Below, one piece after another: positions 9,987 through 19,997 of a DNA stretch of 64,000 nt. This DNA comes from Nitrosopumilaceae archaeon. Lineage in GTDB: Archaea > Thermoproteota > Nitrososphaeria > Nitrososphaerales > Nitrosopumilaceae. Numbering within the stretch: the stretch's first letter is position 1; each line of letters opens with the position of its first letter. The position numbers were made by a program, and so were the translations under genes. Below the pieces are notes generated by a model, which was not told the origin of the DNA, did not search any database, and worked only from the letters and a program-made list of their open reading frames with translations. The stretch covers positions 1,952,001-2,016,000 of the forward strand of contig OZ242365.1 in the NCBI GenBank assembly GCA_965208905.1, written 5' to 3'.

Positions 9987-10850
9987 ATGTGTAGTGAGAT
10001 TCCTCCTTCATGGTCAGGTAGCATAATACAATGCAATAAAGAATTAGGTATACTGCTGCTGGGAACGCAGGAGGATCAGTTCCAAAAAATATGCGTCATG
10101 TTGTATGATGAGGGATTAGATGTGCAGCGCTCACCCCTGCCCGATATTGAAACGTGGGATGAACTACTCGACAAGTGTTCTGTCGATATTGTGGTGGCCG
10201 GCGACCACCCGGCAGGGAGTAAAGAATGTGTAAAGTTTGCCCGATATCTAATACGGCGAAATCCCCTGATTGATGTACTTTTGTATGATGTGGATAGAAT
10301 AGACGAGACTACCAAATATGACAAGTCACTATACACCAAGATATGGACTCATGATGGTGCAGAGTTTGCGCAGCGTGCCTTATCAATGATAAACATGGGC
10401 AGAAGTAAGTGGAATGACATTATATTCCTGCGTGGAATGGTCATATCCCAGGTGGTCGAACTAGAATCATATATCAACGAGGTTCTGGCTGCCTACTTTG
10501 GGAGCAATATGTCAGATAAACTTGGTAAGCAGTTTATCGAATTCATATTGGAGAATCCCACGTTCTTGCTGGAAGGAAAAAAGAAGGTACTGCAAAGGAT
10601 ACTTGTGTCAGCGGGACGGGGCGACCAATGGAAGAGGATAGGTAGTAAACTGTCAAATCTGCAGAGCTTGCGCAACAAAGTGGCACATTGTGGTGTGGAA
10701 CCAGACGAGCCGAATTTAATCATCTCCATGGACAAAGAATACAAGTACGACAGAGTCAAGATGAGAAAGATAATACAAGATGCACGGCAGGCACGGTTGC
10801 ATTTGATAGATTTGGCCAAAGATATGCGCAACACACAAAATTCAATGTAA
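9987..10850 (+). CDS. degenerate receiver-like domain fused to a putative HEPN domain
   Basis: N-terminal beta/alpha pattern (ILLL, VDIVV, NPLIDVLLY) resembles REC; helical C-terminus LRG.VI...ELE.... LRNKVAH contains an RxxxxH motif. Confidence 0.55.
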   Translation: MCSEIPPSWSGSIIQCNKELGILLLGTQEDQFQKICVMLYDEGLDVQRSPLPDIETWDELLDKCSVDIVVAGDHPAGSKECVKFARYLIRRNPLIDVLLYDVDRIDETTKYDKSLYTKIWTHDGAEFAQRALSMINMGRSKWNDIIFLRGMVISQVVELESYINEVLAAYFGSNMSDKLGKQFIEFILENPTFLLEGKKKVLQRILVSAGRGDQWKRIGSKLSNLQSLRNKVAHCGVEPDEPNLIISMDKEYKYDRVKMRKIIQDARQARLHLIDLAKDMRNTQNSM

Positions 10851-11091
10851 AGAGCTCAGTTGCTTGGTTTACGCCACATGTACATCCAGGACACACATAG
10901 ACATGCAGTACACATTTGCAGTACTAGGATTGGGTTCTGTTGCAAACGTGGTTGATGCGAGGTCGGGGGTGTCGATTTGACCTGTGGCGCATAATGCTAA
11001 CTTGGCATCATGCGTAAAATCACCATCAACCGTATTTTCTAGAGAACCGTATAATGCATAATTTTTAAGGGAAACACGTACTGCACATGAT

Positions 11092-12327
11092 ATGTACTCG
11101 GTAATACTCACAGAGATGGGAATTTTGGTAAGAGATAATGGTCAATACGTACGTTCCTTCCCATTCACTAACAGGGCACAAGAGTATCTAGATGTAAAGG
11201 AGGGGAAGGGGAATAGGGCGCCTCTAGTAATATTTCTATCATCATCAGAGGTAGAGACCAATGATTTGGGTCTGCTATCCATACTAAACAGAAATGACAT
11301 AGATGCCAGAATGATGTCGGACTCAGATATAGATATCATACAGGATACAAAGCCAGCCATTTTAGTAGAAGGGGGCTTTACCTCCAACGAACACGACTCT
11401 CGGGGCAAGTTGCGAGAGTTTGCCTTGGAGTTGTCATCCTCAAGGGTGGCCCAGATATCAGAGACGCCAGACTTGCACATAATACAAGCAATCAACTCGT
11501 TGGATGAGACTGATCGGATAGCCAACTCACTATTTGGTAGGCTGCGGGAGTGGTACGGACTACACTTTCCAGAACTAGAGAATCTGGTTGACGGAATATC
11601 TGGATACTGTAAGATTGTTTTGGTGGGCCGGCGGGAGTCTCTAAATACTCAAGTATTCATCGATGCAGGCTTCTCAGAGTCCAAGACCGATATGCTAAAT
11701 TTGGTGGCCAAGACCAGTCGGGGCGGCAATATATCAGATGAAAATTTAGAACGTATACAGACGATGGCAGGGCAAGTTCTTGAGTTGTACGAGACCCGCA
11801 GAGACTTGGAGGGGCATGTAGAGGTACAGATGAGACAGGCCGCACCAAATCTATCTGCAATAATGGGGACCGGAGTGGGAGCCAGATTGATGGCAAGGGC
11901 AGGTAGTCTTCAACGGTTGGCAACCATGGCTGCCAGTACCATACAGATACTAGGGGCGGAGAAGGCACTATTTCGTGCCATAAAGACTGGAGCCCAGCCG
12001 CCCAAACACGGTCTCATATTCCAACACAGCATGGTACACAAGGCCCCCCGCTGGCAGAGGGGCAAGATAGCCAGAGCCGTGGCATCAAAGGCTGCAATAG
12101 CGGCCCGTATGGATGTGCACGAGCCAGTCCTAAATGAGACACTACTAGAGAAGTTAAATGTTCGAGTCGAAGAGATTGGAGAAAAGTACACTTCGCCTCC
12201 AGAGAGACCAGAGAGACCAGAGATGCACCATAAAGGCGGCAAACAGAAAGATAGTAAACAGAAGGGAAAGAAGTCCAAAACAAAACATTCCAAGAGAAAA
12301 GGCAAGAGAAAGATTGCCCGAAGATAG
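11092..12327 (+). CDS. nop5: C/D box RNP subunit Nop5 (Nop56/58)
   Basis: RLREWYGLHFPEL, APNLSA, IQILGAEKALF, PPKHGLIFQH, GKIARAVA. Confidence 0.96.
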   Translation: MYSVILTEMGILVRDNGQYVRSFPFTNRAQEYLDVKEGKGNRAPLVIFLSSSEVETNDLGLLSILNRNDIDARMMSDSDIDIIQDTKPAILVEGGFTSNEHDSRGKLREFALELSSSRVAQISETPDLHIIQAINSLDETDRIANSLFGRLREWYGLHFPELENLVDGISGYCKIVLVGRRESLNTQVFIDAGFSESKTDMLNLVAKTSRGGNISDENLERIQTMAGQVLELYETRRDLEGHVEVQMRQAAPNLSAIMGTGVGARLMARAGSLQRLATMAASTIQILGAEKALFRAIKTGAQPPKHGLIFQHSMVHKAPRWQRGKIARAVASKAAIAARMDVHEPVLNETLLEKLNVRVEEIGEKYTSPPERPERPEMHHKGGKQKDSKQKGKKSKTKHSKRKGKRKIARR

Positions 12328-12997
12328 TAGTTACTTTTGGATAAAGTTTGAAGGAGAGACTCGCCTAGCTACTGAAAATTTGGCAGTAGGCATACAAGCA
12401 TACAAAGAGAAGTTAGTCACATACAAAAAGACAGAGTATCGTATATGGGATCCATATAGGAGTAAGCTGGCATCAGCCATACTAAACGGAGTGCCCACGC
12501 ATTCGATACGCTATGGCGCATCCATACTATATTTGGGAGCATCCACCGGTACCACCGTAAGCCACGTATCAGATATGATAGGCAGCAGTGGTGTGGTCTT
12601 TGCAGTGGAGCACACCAGCCGCGTGGCCAGAGAGTTGATGGAGAGGGTGGCACGCCACCGTTCAAACGTTACACCCATACTGCAAGATGCCCGCAGGCCT
12701 TCAGAATACTTTTCAGTCTTTGGTAAGATGGATGTCATATACTGCGATATTGCGCAACCGGACCAAACCGACATATCCATTGATAACTGCAAAAAGTATC
12801 TAAAACCCGGAGGTCATCTGTTTTTGGTGATAAAGGCACGTAGCATAAATGTGGCAAAGAGTCCAGCCGACATATTCAAATCAGAGATATCAAAACTAAA
12901 AGACTTTGATGTGCTGTATAATGTAGACCTCAGACCATATCACAAGGACCATGCCATGGTATTAAGTAGATACAATGGTCAAGCAACAAATCTTTGA
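12314..12997 (+). CDS. flpA: fibrillarin-like rRNA/tRNA 2'-O-methyltransferase
   Basis: EYRIWDPYRSKLA, LYLGASTGTTVSHVSD, DIAQPDQ; TTG start at 12314 overlapping the end of nop5. Confidence 0.95.
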   Translation: MPEDSSYFWIKFEGETRLATENLAVGIQAYKEKLVTYKKTEYRIWDPYRSKLASAILNGVPTHSIRYGASILYLGASTGTTVSHVSDMIGSSGVVFAVEHTSRVARELMERVARHRSNVTPILQDARRPSEYFSVFGKMDVIYCDIAQPDQTDISIDNCKKYLKPGGHLFLVIKARSINVAKSPADIFKSEISKLKDFDVLYNVDLRPYHKDHAMVLSRYNGQATNL

Positions 12998-13611
12998 TCA
13001 CCGAGTACGCGACGCATAGTAGACCAGCTCTGCCGTACGAAGGGAGGCATGACACCTGTTGCAAAGTATACTTTACGAAGATACCGTATGGTGTCTGAAT
13101 CGGTGGGGTAACCGCTCCCTACAGGATGACTCTTTTGTATATTCTGTATAGATTTATCCCTTAATACTTTGGCGACTATGGATGCGGCAGCGACCACTAC
13201 AAATTTAGAGTCGGCACATACGTGTGAATGTATCTGCGTCTGTTGTGTGACATCTTTTAGTCTTTTACCAAACTGCGCAGCATCAGAGTAACATGAATCC
13301 ACATAGTATGCATCAGCAGGTGTATGGGATATTATATCTGCCATCTTTATAATCTCCAAATCAGTCAAGCCATGAAACAGTACACTGTTATCTATTGTGT
13401 GAGGACGACAGCGTCGCACCACACATGATGCAGACTTTTTCAGTATCATACGATATAGGCGTAATCGCGTATCAGGTGTCAATACTTTGGAGTCTGCAAC
13501 GCCGGCCTGCTGTAATGTATCTAGATGAGACTCATCGATTGCAACGCCGGCAATCACCAGTGGGCCTATAAAAGAGCCCCGTCCGGCCTCGTCAATACCG
13601 CATACAATCAC
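12979..13611 (-). CDS. rnhB: ribonuclease HII
   Basis: GIDEAGRG, DSKVL, AAASIVAKV.RD, GSGYP. Confidence 0.95.
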   Translation of the reverse strand: MIVCGIDEAGRGSFIGPLVIAGVAIDESHLDTLQQAGVADSKVLTPDTRLRLYRMILKKSASCVVRRCRPHTIDNSVLFHGLTDLEIIKMADIISHTPADAYYVDSCYSDAAQFGKRLKDVTQQTQIHSHVCADSKFVVVAAASIVAKVLRDKSIQNIQKSHPVGSGYPTDSDTIRYLRKVYFATGVMPPFVRQSWSTMRRVLGDQRFVA

Positions 13612-13664
13612 AGTATCAAACAGTATCGCGCAGGTATTAAACCATCAGGCATATCACCTAAAGT

Positions 13665-14777
13665 ATGATAAACATCACAGAGGGTAAGACGCAGATTTTA
13701 GTTCCCGAATCATCGTTACATGATGTTGTGCCCTCCAAATATCCTGTATTCTTTAATCCCAAAGCAAAGCGAACACGAGACATTGCAGTGTTAGCCTGCA
13801 AGGCCCATGCTCAATGCGAAAAATCTGGCGTATATCTAGATGCCATGGCCGGTATGGGGGTACGGGGAATTCGTGCAGCCGTGGAATCAGGCTATGATAC
13901 AATATACGTAAATGATTCAAACTCCCAAGCCATACAGGTGGCACAGAGATGCGCAGCCCTTAATGACATATCCAATGTACAGTTCTCCACGCAAGAGGCA
14001 TGCAGGTTTTTAGCAGAACACTCCAGTCGAGGAGTGCGAGGAGATATAGTTGATGTGGACCCGTTTGGTTCTCCAGCACCATACATGGACTGCGCCATAC
14101 GGGCCACAAAATATAATGGAATGCTGGCAATGACCGCAACTGACCTGCAGGTGTTGGGCGGATTACACAACGAGGCATGCCAAAGGATATACGGTGGCAT
14201 ACCACTCAAGACAGTGTATGGTGCAGAGATTGCCATACGATTGATTTTAGGTTGTTTAGCACAGGTTGCTGGTCGGTTAGGGGTAGGAGTCTCTCCATTA
14301 TACGTGGAGAGTCATATGCACTATTATCGTGTATATGTCAAAGTGCATTCGACATCCACACCAAACAGTATAGGATATTTAGCACAATGTATGTCGTGTG
14401 GGAGTCGTAATGACTCAAAACACCATGGTGACTGTTCTGCAACAAAGAGTAAGGCAGGTCCATTGTGGGTTGATAAATTATTCGATTCAGAGTTTGTAGG
14501 CGCCATGATAGAACACAGTAATGATATGTACAAAGAGCACCTGCAGATATGTTATGATGAGGCAGGTATGCCGCCCACATTTTATACATCAGATGAAATA
14601 GCATCAAAGATTAAGAGTGGTCCGCCCCCTCTAAAGACAATGATACCTGCGTTGAGAGATGCAGGTTTTATTGCGTCACGCACGTCATTCTCGCCCACAG
14701 GATTCAGAACCAATGCTAGTATTACTGATGTATGTGATATAATGAGTGATGTAAAACGTGCCTGTTTTGCTTTTTGA
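13665..14777 (+). CDS. trm1: tRNA (guanine-26-N2)-dimethyltransferase
   Basis: VFFNP, G.RGIR, DVDPFGSP, MTATD, GPLW. Confidence 0.93.
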   Translation: MINITEGKTQILVPESSLHDVVPSKYPVFFNPKAKRTRDIAVLACKAHAQCEKSGVYLDAMAGMGVRGIRAAVESGYDTIYVNDSNSQAIQVAQRCAALNDISNVQFSTQEACRFLAEHSSRGVRGDIVDVDPFGSPAPYMDCAIRATKYNGMLAMTATDLQVLGGLHNEACQRIYGGIPLKTVYGAEIAIRLILGCLAQVAGRLGVGVSPLYVESHMHYYRVYVKVHSTSTPNSIGYLAQCMSCGSRNDSKHHGDCSATKSKAGPLWVDKLFDSEFVGAMIEHSNDMYKEHLQICYDEAGMPPTFYTSDEIASKIKSGPPPLKTMIPALRDAGFIASRTSFSPTGFRTNASITDVCDIMSDVKRACFAF

Positions 14778-15000
14778 GTGATGTAAATTGCCAAAATACA
14801 TAACATAAGGGGTATAATAGTTCCAAAATACCCATAATTTACTTGATGTGTAACTTTTCTGTTTTGTTATCCATACCACTAGCAGCGCTGAGGATATCAT
14901 TAAAAAGGTATAAAAAATTAGTAGTCTGCCATGAAAAACCTGTAAAAACACATTATCAAAATCAAGCTCGAATACAAGGGCCCACTCTTGCCGCAGCTAT

Positions 15001-15591
15001 TTATTTAAATCCCACACATATCATGTATAGTTCACTACTAGGTTTTCGACTGGCTTTTGGTTTTGTGGTCTTGACCCGTACAAATTTTTTTGTCATATAT
15101 TGGCGAAATTCTTGAGAATATTCACCATCAAATACTTTGAATACCGCATTACCTTTAGAGGACAAGACTGCATCCATTATTCTGGCACAAGAGTAGTTTA
15201 ACGCTATCTGACGAGCATGATCCACTGACCAATTACCCGTTACGGATGGAGACATATCACAGATTACAGAGTTTATCTTGCGGCCAAAGTACTCTAGTAT
15301 ATCATCGATTACAAAATCATCATCAATGTCAGCCTGCAGTATATAAGCACCCATAATATCCTCCACAAATGACGTATCGACTCCCATTACGCGACCTCTA
15401 TTTCCTGCTAATTTCACGGCCATCTGCGTCCAGCCACCCGGTGCGCATCCCAAGTCCAATACATAAAAGCCGGGGCCTATGATACGATATGATTTATTGA
15501 TCTCTTTTAGTTTGTATGCTGCCCTACTGCGATACCCCTGCTCTCTGGCCAGACGACGATAGTGATCCTTTCTGGCATCTAAAAGTTTCAT
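15001..15591 (-). CDS. rlmE: 23S rRNA (U2552-2'-O)-methyltransferase RlmE/FtsJ
   Basis: GYRSRAAYKL, LDLGCAPGGW, KP.ASR..SSELY. Confidence 0.95.
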   Translation of the reverse strand: MKLLDARKDHYRRLAREQGYRSRAAYKLKEINKSYRIIGPGFYVLDLGCAPGGWTQMAVKLAGNRGRVMGVDTSFVEDIMGAYILQADIDDDFVIDDILEYFGRKINSVICDMSPSVTGNWSVDHARQIALNYSCARIMDAVLSSKGNAVFKVFDGEYSQEFRQYMTKKFVRVKTTKPKASRKPSSELYMICVGFK

Positions 15592-16583
15592 TTGGAACGG
15601 GTTCTTTTCAGGTCAATTAAAACCCAGTCTTCAATATATGGACAAGTCATTGGACTTATTTCACCATCCATGGAACATCGCTGTTCAACCGCGCAGGTCA
15701 AACATGGTGCTCCATTAAGCGAGTCTGTACTTACAGGAGTCTTTTTGAGTATCAGCTTGTATGTCCACCTCTCATTTTCAAGAATCTTTACTCTGCTAAC
15801 CGTACCCATACGTTCTAGTTTGAGTGAGAGGCGGGCTCCATTTCGAGCGCTAAGTTTCAGTTTTTTGTATAAATCGGCCTGAAGCATTCCCTCAGATTCA
15901 CGTTCAATCAATAGATCGCACACCTTGTGGGTGAGTTTATCCATATCTACTCGTTCTATCTGAAAGTTTTCAATCTCTTCAGGTGTTAAAGTTTCAGCTA
16001 GTTCATCCTCAAGTATATTTTGGGTTTTTGTGGGGGATTTGGCCTTTCTGGTGCCTTTTTTTGTAGACGCAGTCTTCTTTGTAGTGGAGGCGGCGCTCTT
16101 TGGTTTTGATTTAGAACTTGGAGCGGTTTTAGGTTTTTTTGTGGTTGTGGATTTTTTAGTGGTGGATTTTTTTGTTGATGTGGACTTTTTTGTAGTGGAT
16201 TTTGTGGTTGTGGATTTTTTAGTAGGTTTTTTAGTGGTGGATTTTTTTGTTGATGTGGACTTTTTTGTAGTGGATTTTGTAGGCGGTGCGGCGCTAGCAT
16301 CATCGGTCTGAGCGGCCTTTGTATCAGTGCTGGATTTTGTAGTTGTTTTATTTAGTGCTACATTATTTCTTGATGCTAATTTTGTGGCCTTTTTTCCTTT
16401 TAATTGGTCAGAATTATCATCTACAGTGGGAGTCATCTTTGAGTTGACTTCAATAGGCTCTTTGGTTGTAAATACATTCAGCCATTTTTTGAGTTTAGTA
16501 ATATCATTTACAATATCGGTCAAGTTGGATTCAAGGTCTGTCTTTGAAAGATTACTATCACTCATTGCTATACACAAAGCCAT
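15588..16583 (-). CDS. archaeal RPC34-like / TFE-beta transcription factor with a long Lys/Thr-rich N-terminal region
   Basis: C-terminal winged helix plus PCLTC-x4-C-x10-C cysteine cluster typical of archaeal RPC34/TFE-beta; KKSTTKK repeats. Confidence 0.75.
   Translation of the reverse strand: MALCIAMSDSNLSKTDLESNLTDIVNDITKLKKWLNVFTTKEPIEVNSKMTPTVDDNSDQLKGKKATKLASRNNVALNKTTTKSSTDTKAAQTDDASAAPPTKSTTKKSTSTKKSTTKKPTKKSTTTKSTTKKSTSTKKSTTKKSTTTKKPKTAPSSKSKPKSAASTTKKTASTKKGTRKAKSPTKTQNILEDELAETLTPEEIENFQIERVDMDKLTHKVCDLLIERESEGMLQADLYKKLKLSARNGARLSLKLERMGTVSRVKILENERWTYKLILKKTPVSTDSLNGAPCLTCAVEQRCSMDGEISPMTCPYIEDWVLIDLKRTRSK
16152..16280. repeat. 54-bp direct repeat (75-bp period) within a low-complexity coding region
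   Basis: TTTTTTAGTGGTGGATTTTTTTGTTGATGTGGACTTTTTTGTAGTGGATTTTGT at 16152-16205 and 16227-16280. Confidence 0.85.
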
Positions 16584-17026
16584 TATCTAATATAAAATAC
16601 AGTACTTCCTATAAGTTGGTTACCATGAATATCAATTATTGTTGTAATAGTATAGCTGCCAGGCTCCAGATCATCAGTCAAGAGACCATCCAACACGAGT
16701 AGTTGAGAGTCGGCCAAAACACATTGTGATGGATACAGAGTTTCAAATATAACATCCCCTGCTGAATTATACACTATTACATTAACATCTCCACAATCAA
16801 AGGAGGTATTTCCCATGTACATTTGAAGTTCAACTATATCACCCTGCATATACTCTTCCTGCAATCCCAACATCTCAACTGATGGCGTAGAGTCATGTGA
16901 TGCGGTAGGCCACATGTTCAGTTCCCGGTCCAGACTATCCAAGGCGCTAGCCAGTACAGCAGAGCCAAATACTACAGTAAATATCGCAGGCAATACAAAT
17001 ACAACATATGCAACTCCACGCGCCAT
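16583..17026 (-). CDS. membrane-anchored hypothetical protein
   Basis: 147 aa; N-terminal TM helix, RELNMWP and FDCG motifs, Ig-like beta pattern. Confidence 0.7.
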   Translation of the reverse strand: MARGVAYVVFVLPAIFTVVFGSAVLASALDSLDRELNMWPTASHDSTPSVEMLGLQEEYMQGDIVELQMYMGNTSFDCGDVNVIVYNSAGDVIFETLYPSQCVLADSQLLVLDGLLTDDLEPGSYTITTIIDIHGNQLIGSTVFYIR

Positions 17027-17181
17027 GAGATGACAAAATCATAAAGTAATATATCAGTTTACAAAATTGGATAATAATAGTTACTACCAGTCTACACATG
17101 GTCGCCAAGTTACAGATGCCGTCCGTATGGTGACATAATTGATACACTTGGATTTTTATAGCCACAACAACTGGTCACACT

Positions 17182-18015
17182 ATGAAGATAACTGTAGGCC
17201 ACACTCCAGATGCAGATGATGCCTTTATGTTTTATGGAATGCTCTCAGGCAAAATACCATCCACACACTTTGATGTCATAGAGGTGATCGATGATATAGA
17301 AAGTCTAAATCGACGTGCAAGAATAGGGGATTTGGATGTTACAGCAGTATCAGTGCACGCTTGCGCCAGTATTTCTGGATATACCATACTGAGAAGTGGG
17401 GGCAGTTTTGGTCTGGGATACGGGCCCATAGTAGTGGCACAAGATAATTTTGATATAAATGATCTACCAGACTCTAAGATAGCCATACCCGGAAGAATGA
17501 CATCTGCCTATCTACTACTCCAACTGATGATTGGTAGGTTCGACTATGTTGAGATGGACTTTACCAAGATACCAGCAGCCGTGAAAGATGGCATAGTAGA
17601 TGCAGGACTAGTCATACATGAGGGACAGATATCATATGCGCAACATGATATAATCAAAGTGCTAGATACCGGCGAATGGTGGAGTAAGGAGACCGGCGGG
17701 CTTCCGGTACCTTTGGGCATAAATGTGATAAAGACATCATTAGGTTATGACACAATACGTAGATTTGACAGATACTTTCAGGAATCCATAAAGTGTGGAT
17801 TGGCCAACTCGCAAGAGGCAGTAAAGTTTGCTATGAAGTATGGGAGAGGTAACACCAGTGAACTTATAGATAAATTTGTCAAGATGTATGTCAACCCCGT
17901 AACGGTGGATATGGGAGATGATGGTGAGAAAGCCATACGAAGAATGTTTCAGATGGCAAAGGATGCAGATCTGGTTTCAGAGTTTGACTTAGAAATTGCA
18001 CCACACATCGATTAA
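17182..18015 (+). CDS. mqnD: MqnD-like 1,4-dihydroxy-6-naphthoate synthase (MqnA/MqnD/SBP family)
   Basis: GHTPDADDAFMFY, DIESLN, G.GYGP, AIPG..TSA, GLVIHEGQ, LPVPLG, MYVN. Confidence 0.85.
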   Translation: MKITVGHTPDADDAFMFYGMLSGKIPSTHFDVIEVIDDIESLNRRARIGDLDVTAVSVHACASISGYTILRSGGSFGLGYGPIVVAQDNFDINDLPDSKIAIPGRMTSAYLLLQLMIGRFDYVEMDFTKIPAAVKDGIVDAGLVIHEGQISYAQHDIIKVLDTGEWWSKETGGLPVPLGINVIKTSLGYDTIRRFDRYFQESIKCGLANSQEAVKFAMKYGRGNTSELIDKFVKMYVNPVTVDMGDDGEKAIRRMFQMAKDADLVSEFDLEIAPHID

Positions 18016-18153
18016 TTTTGCCTCTCAGCATACGTGTAGCGCTGCAGTCATCATTTAATCAGTCTGGCCATGATATGCAGTCATAAGATTATGCGCTATA
18101 CTGATAATTAATACAATGATAAGATATTTTTAGAGACGATTTTACATGTATTT

Positions 18154-18540
18154 ATGAACAAATGTTGGGTAGGTGCCGAATATATCATATCTGGAGACGG
18201 TCATCTTGTGGTTTTAGAGACTCTAAAACATTACATGGCCAAGCTTGAGAGTATTCAGAGTCCCGAATATGGGGCCACAAACATGTTCATTGGACTAGTA
18301 AAACAAGAGGCTGCCAAAAGAATGCCGCAGGTAGAGATGACATTAGACAAGGTGCACCGTTTTTTAATTGGTGAGACTACTGCGCAGTCTTTGATAGATG
18401 ACATACCGATTATAAATAGTGCCATTGACTCTTATAGATTTGATCTTGTACAGTCCCAGTCCAAGACAGATGACGCAGTTGTTACAGCTACTATTGCTCG
18501 CTTAGATGAGGCAAAGCAGGCCATAAATAAATTCGAATAA
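18154..18540 (+). CDS. hypothetical helical protein
   Basis: 128 aa ORF with an upstream AT-rich promoter-like region. Confidence 0.7.
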   Translation: MNKCWVGAEYIISGDGHLVVLETLKHYMAKLESIQSPEYGATNMFIGLVKQEAAKRMPQVEMTLDKVHRFLIGETTAQSLIDDIPIINSAIDSYRFDLVQSQSKTDDAVVTATIARLDEAKQAINKFE

Positions 18541-18545
18541 AAATT

Positions 18546-18779
18546 CTAGTTGTGTACACCAGATAGATACCAGTCAAAATATGGCAATAATTTCTTGCAT
18601 AGTTTTTGACGCTCGTCAGACTCGGCAGAACGGGTGGCAGTTATCTTTGTGTCAAGATACGTACGGGTGCTAGTTGTGCGCAGGCTCTGCTGTATACGAG
18701 ATAGTACGTTTAAAAATTCATCTGTATCAGTAGAGTCAAAGTTTCTGCGAACTCGCTCAGCATCTTCAGCTAATGTCAT
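18546..18779 (-). CDS. small conserved hypothetical protein
   Basis: 77 aa, C-terminal LCKKLLPYFDWY; convergent with the neighbouring gene. Confidence 0.65.
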   Translation of the reverse strand: MTLAEDAERVRRNFDSTDTDEFLNVLSRIQQSLRTTSTRTYLDTKITATRSAESDERQKLCKKLLPYFDWYLSGVHN

Positions 18780-18834
18780 GTTGATATTTTACAGTACGTA
18801 TTTTTAATTCTAGTGATGTTGTGTGTAATAGATA

Positions 18835-19944
18835 TAGTTAGGTGCATAAATAACCCGACACCAGTTTTACACCGGTAGGATTTTGTCTAAATTTCTGAAC
18901 AGAATGCTGCGCGGATCAAACTTTATTTCCAGCGACTCGTATATCCGCATGATTTTCCTCCGGAAATATCTCTTGGCAGGTCGCTTGAAAGTCCGCCGTA
19001 TCCTTGCCTTGCCGTTGAGCCACAGCCATTCGGCCGGATTCAGAAATGGTGAGTACGGCGGCAGAAATATTAGTTTGATGAAATCACTATTCTTTTTCAA
19101 GTATCGCTTTACGCGGCTAGAGTTGTGATATGCAGCATTATCCAGTATTACGGCAACCTTGCCGAACCGTTTTTTCGTCTTGTTCAAATATCTGATAAAG
19201 GACCTGTCGTTGGCCTTGCTAGCGGCCATATAGCATGTCTGCCCATCTAGCGTGATGCCACCGTATATGGTCTGGCGCTGGTTGCCGAGTGGCGTTTGTA
19301 CCGGTATGGCATCACCGCGTGTATAGACTGCGCCGCTGCCAAACATACTTAAATTTTGGTGGCTTTCGTCTACCATCACGAGTGTAAAACCGTCCTTTTC
19401 AAACATTTCTGCCTCCTTTTTGGTGTCTTTCTGCCAGATTTCGAGATCTTTCCTTGGTGGAATTCGGTCGGATATCCGGGGAGTCTTCCGTATAGTGAAG
19501 CCAAGAGACCTAAGGATACGGCGCGCTTGTGATTCGCTGTATTTTATGCCGGTCTTTTTCTCAGCCAGTTTAACAAATCCGTAGGCGGTAAATCGCTTGA
19601 CACCGTTAATTATGTTCTCTAATGTGTGGCGCGGTACGAAAGATGGACGGCCAGGCCTCGCACCATCGGCGAGGCCATCCAGGCCTTTGTGGTCGTAGGC
19701 ATTAAGCCAATCATATATGGTGCTACGATCGACACCAAGCACATCCGCTGCCGCAGAGATGGTATATCCTTTAATGCGCACCATGTTTACGGCTACGATA
19801 CGGGCGTGCTGTGTCGCACTCTTAGTCTGTTTTAGGGCAGCCTTTATTTTTTGGGCATTAGTTTGGTTATTCATATAATTAGTTAGTAATTTTGATCATT
19901 TATGTATTTCTAATAGAGTGTAGGATTATTTATGCTCCCAACTA
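18835..19944 (-). mobile_element. IS630-family insertion sequence, copy 1 (1110 bp)
   Basis: TIRs TAGTTAGGTGCATAAATAA / TTATTTATGCTCCCAACTA, TA duplication on both sides, matches the copy at 21363-22472. Confidence 0.95.
18867..19874 (-). CDS. IS630-family transposase
   Basis: N-terminal HTH, RPGRP, DDE triad VDES / LDNA..H / LPPYSPFLNPAE. Confidence 0.95.
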   Translation of the reverse strand: MNNQTNAQKIKAALKQTKSATQHARIVAVNMVRIKGYTISAAADVLGVDRSTIYDWLNAYDHKGLDGLADGARPGRPSFVPRHTLENIINGVKRFTAYGFVKLAEKKTGIKYSESQARRILRSLGFTIRKTPRISDRIPPRKDLEIWQKDTKKEAEMFEKDGFTLVMVDESHQNLSMFGSGAVYTRGDAIPVQTPLGNQRQTIYGGITLDGQTCYMAASKANDRSFIRYLNKTKKRFGKVAVILDNAAYHNSSRVKRYLKKNSDFIKLIFLPPYSPFLNPAEWLWLNGKARIRRTFKRPAKRYFRRKIMRIYESLEIKFDPRSILFRNLDKILPV

Positions 19945-19997
19945 TACACCCACCAGCAGAAAAACATCTATTAAACAATCATCTCTTTGTGTATGGA

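Noticed and set aside
12158-12313. Extended fibrillarin N-terminus and 9-bp tandem CCAGAGAGA repeats
   Set aside because: Overlaps the low-complexity C-terminus of nop5 (PERPERPE); ordinary coding repeat
19932-19997. N-terminal extension of the O-methyltransferase
   Set aside because: The ATG lies inside the IS630 terminal repeat; an artefact of the insertion
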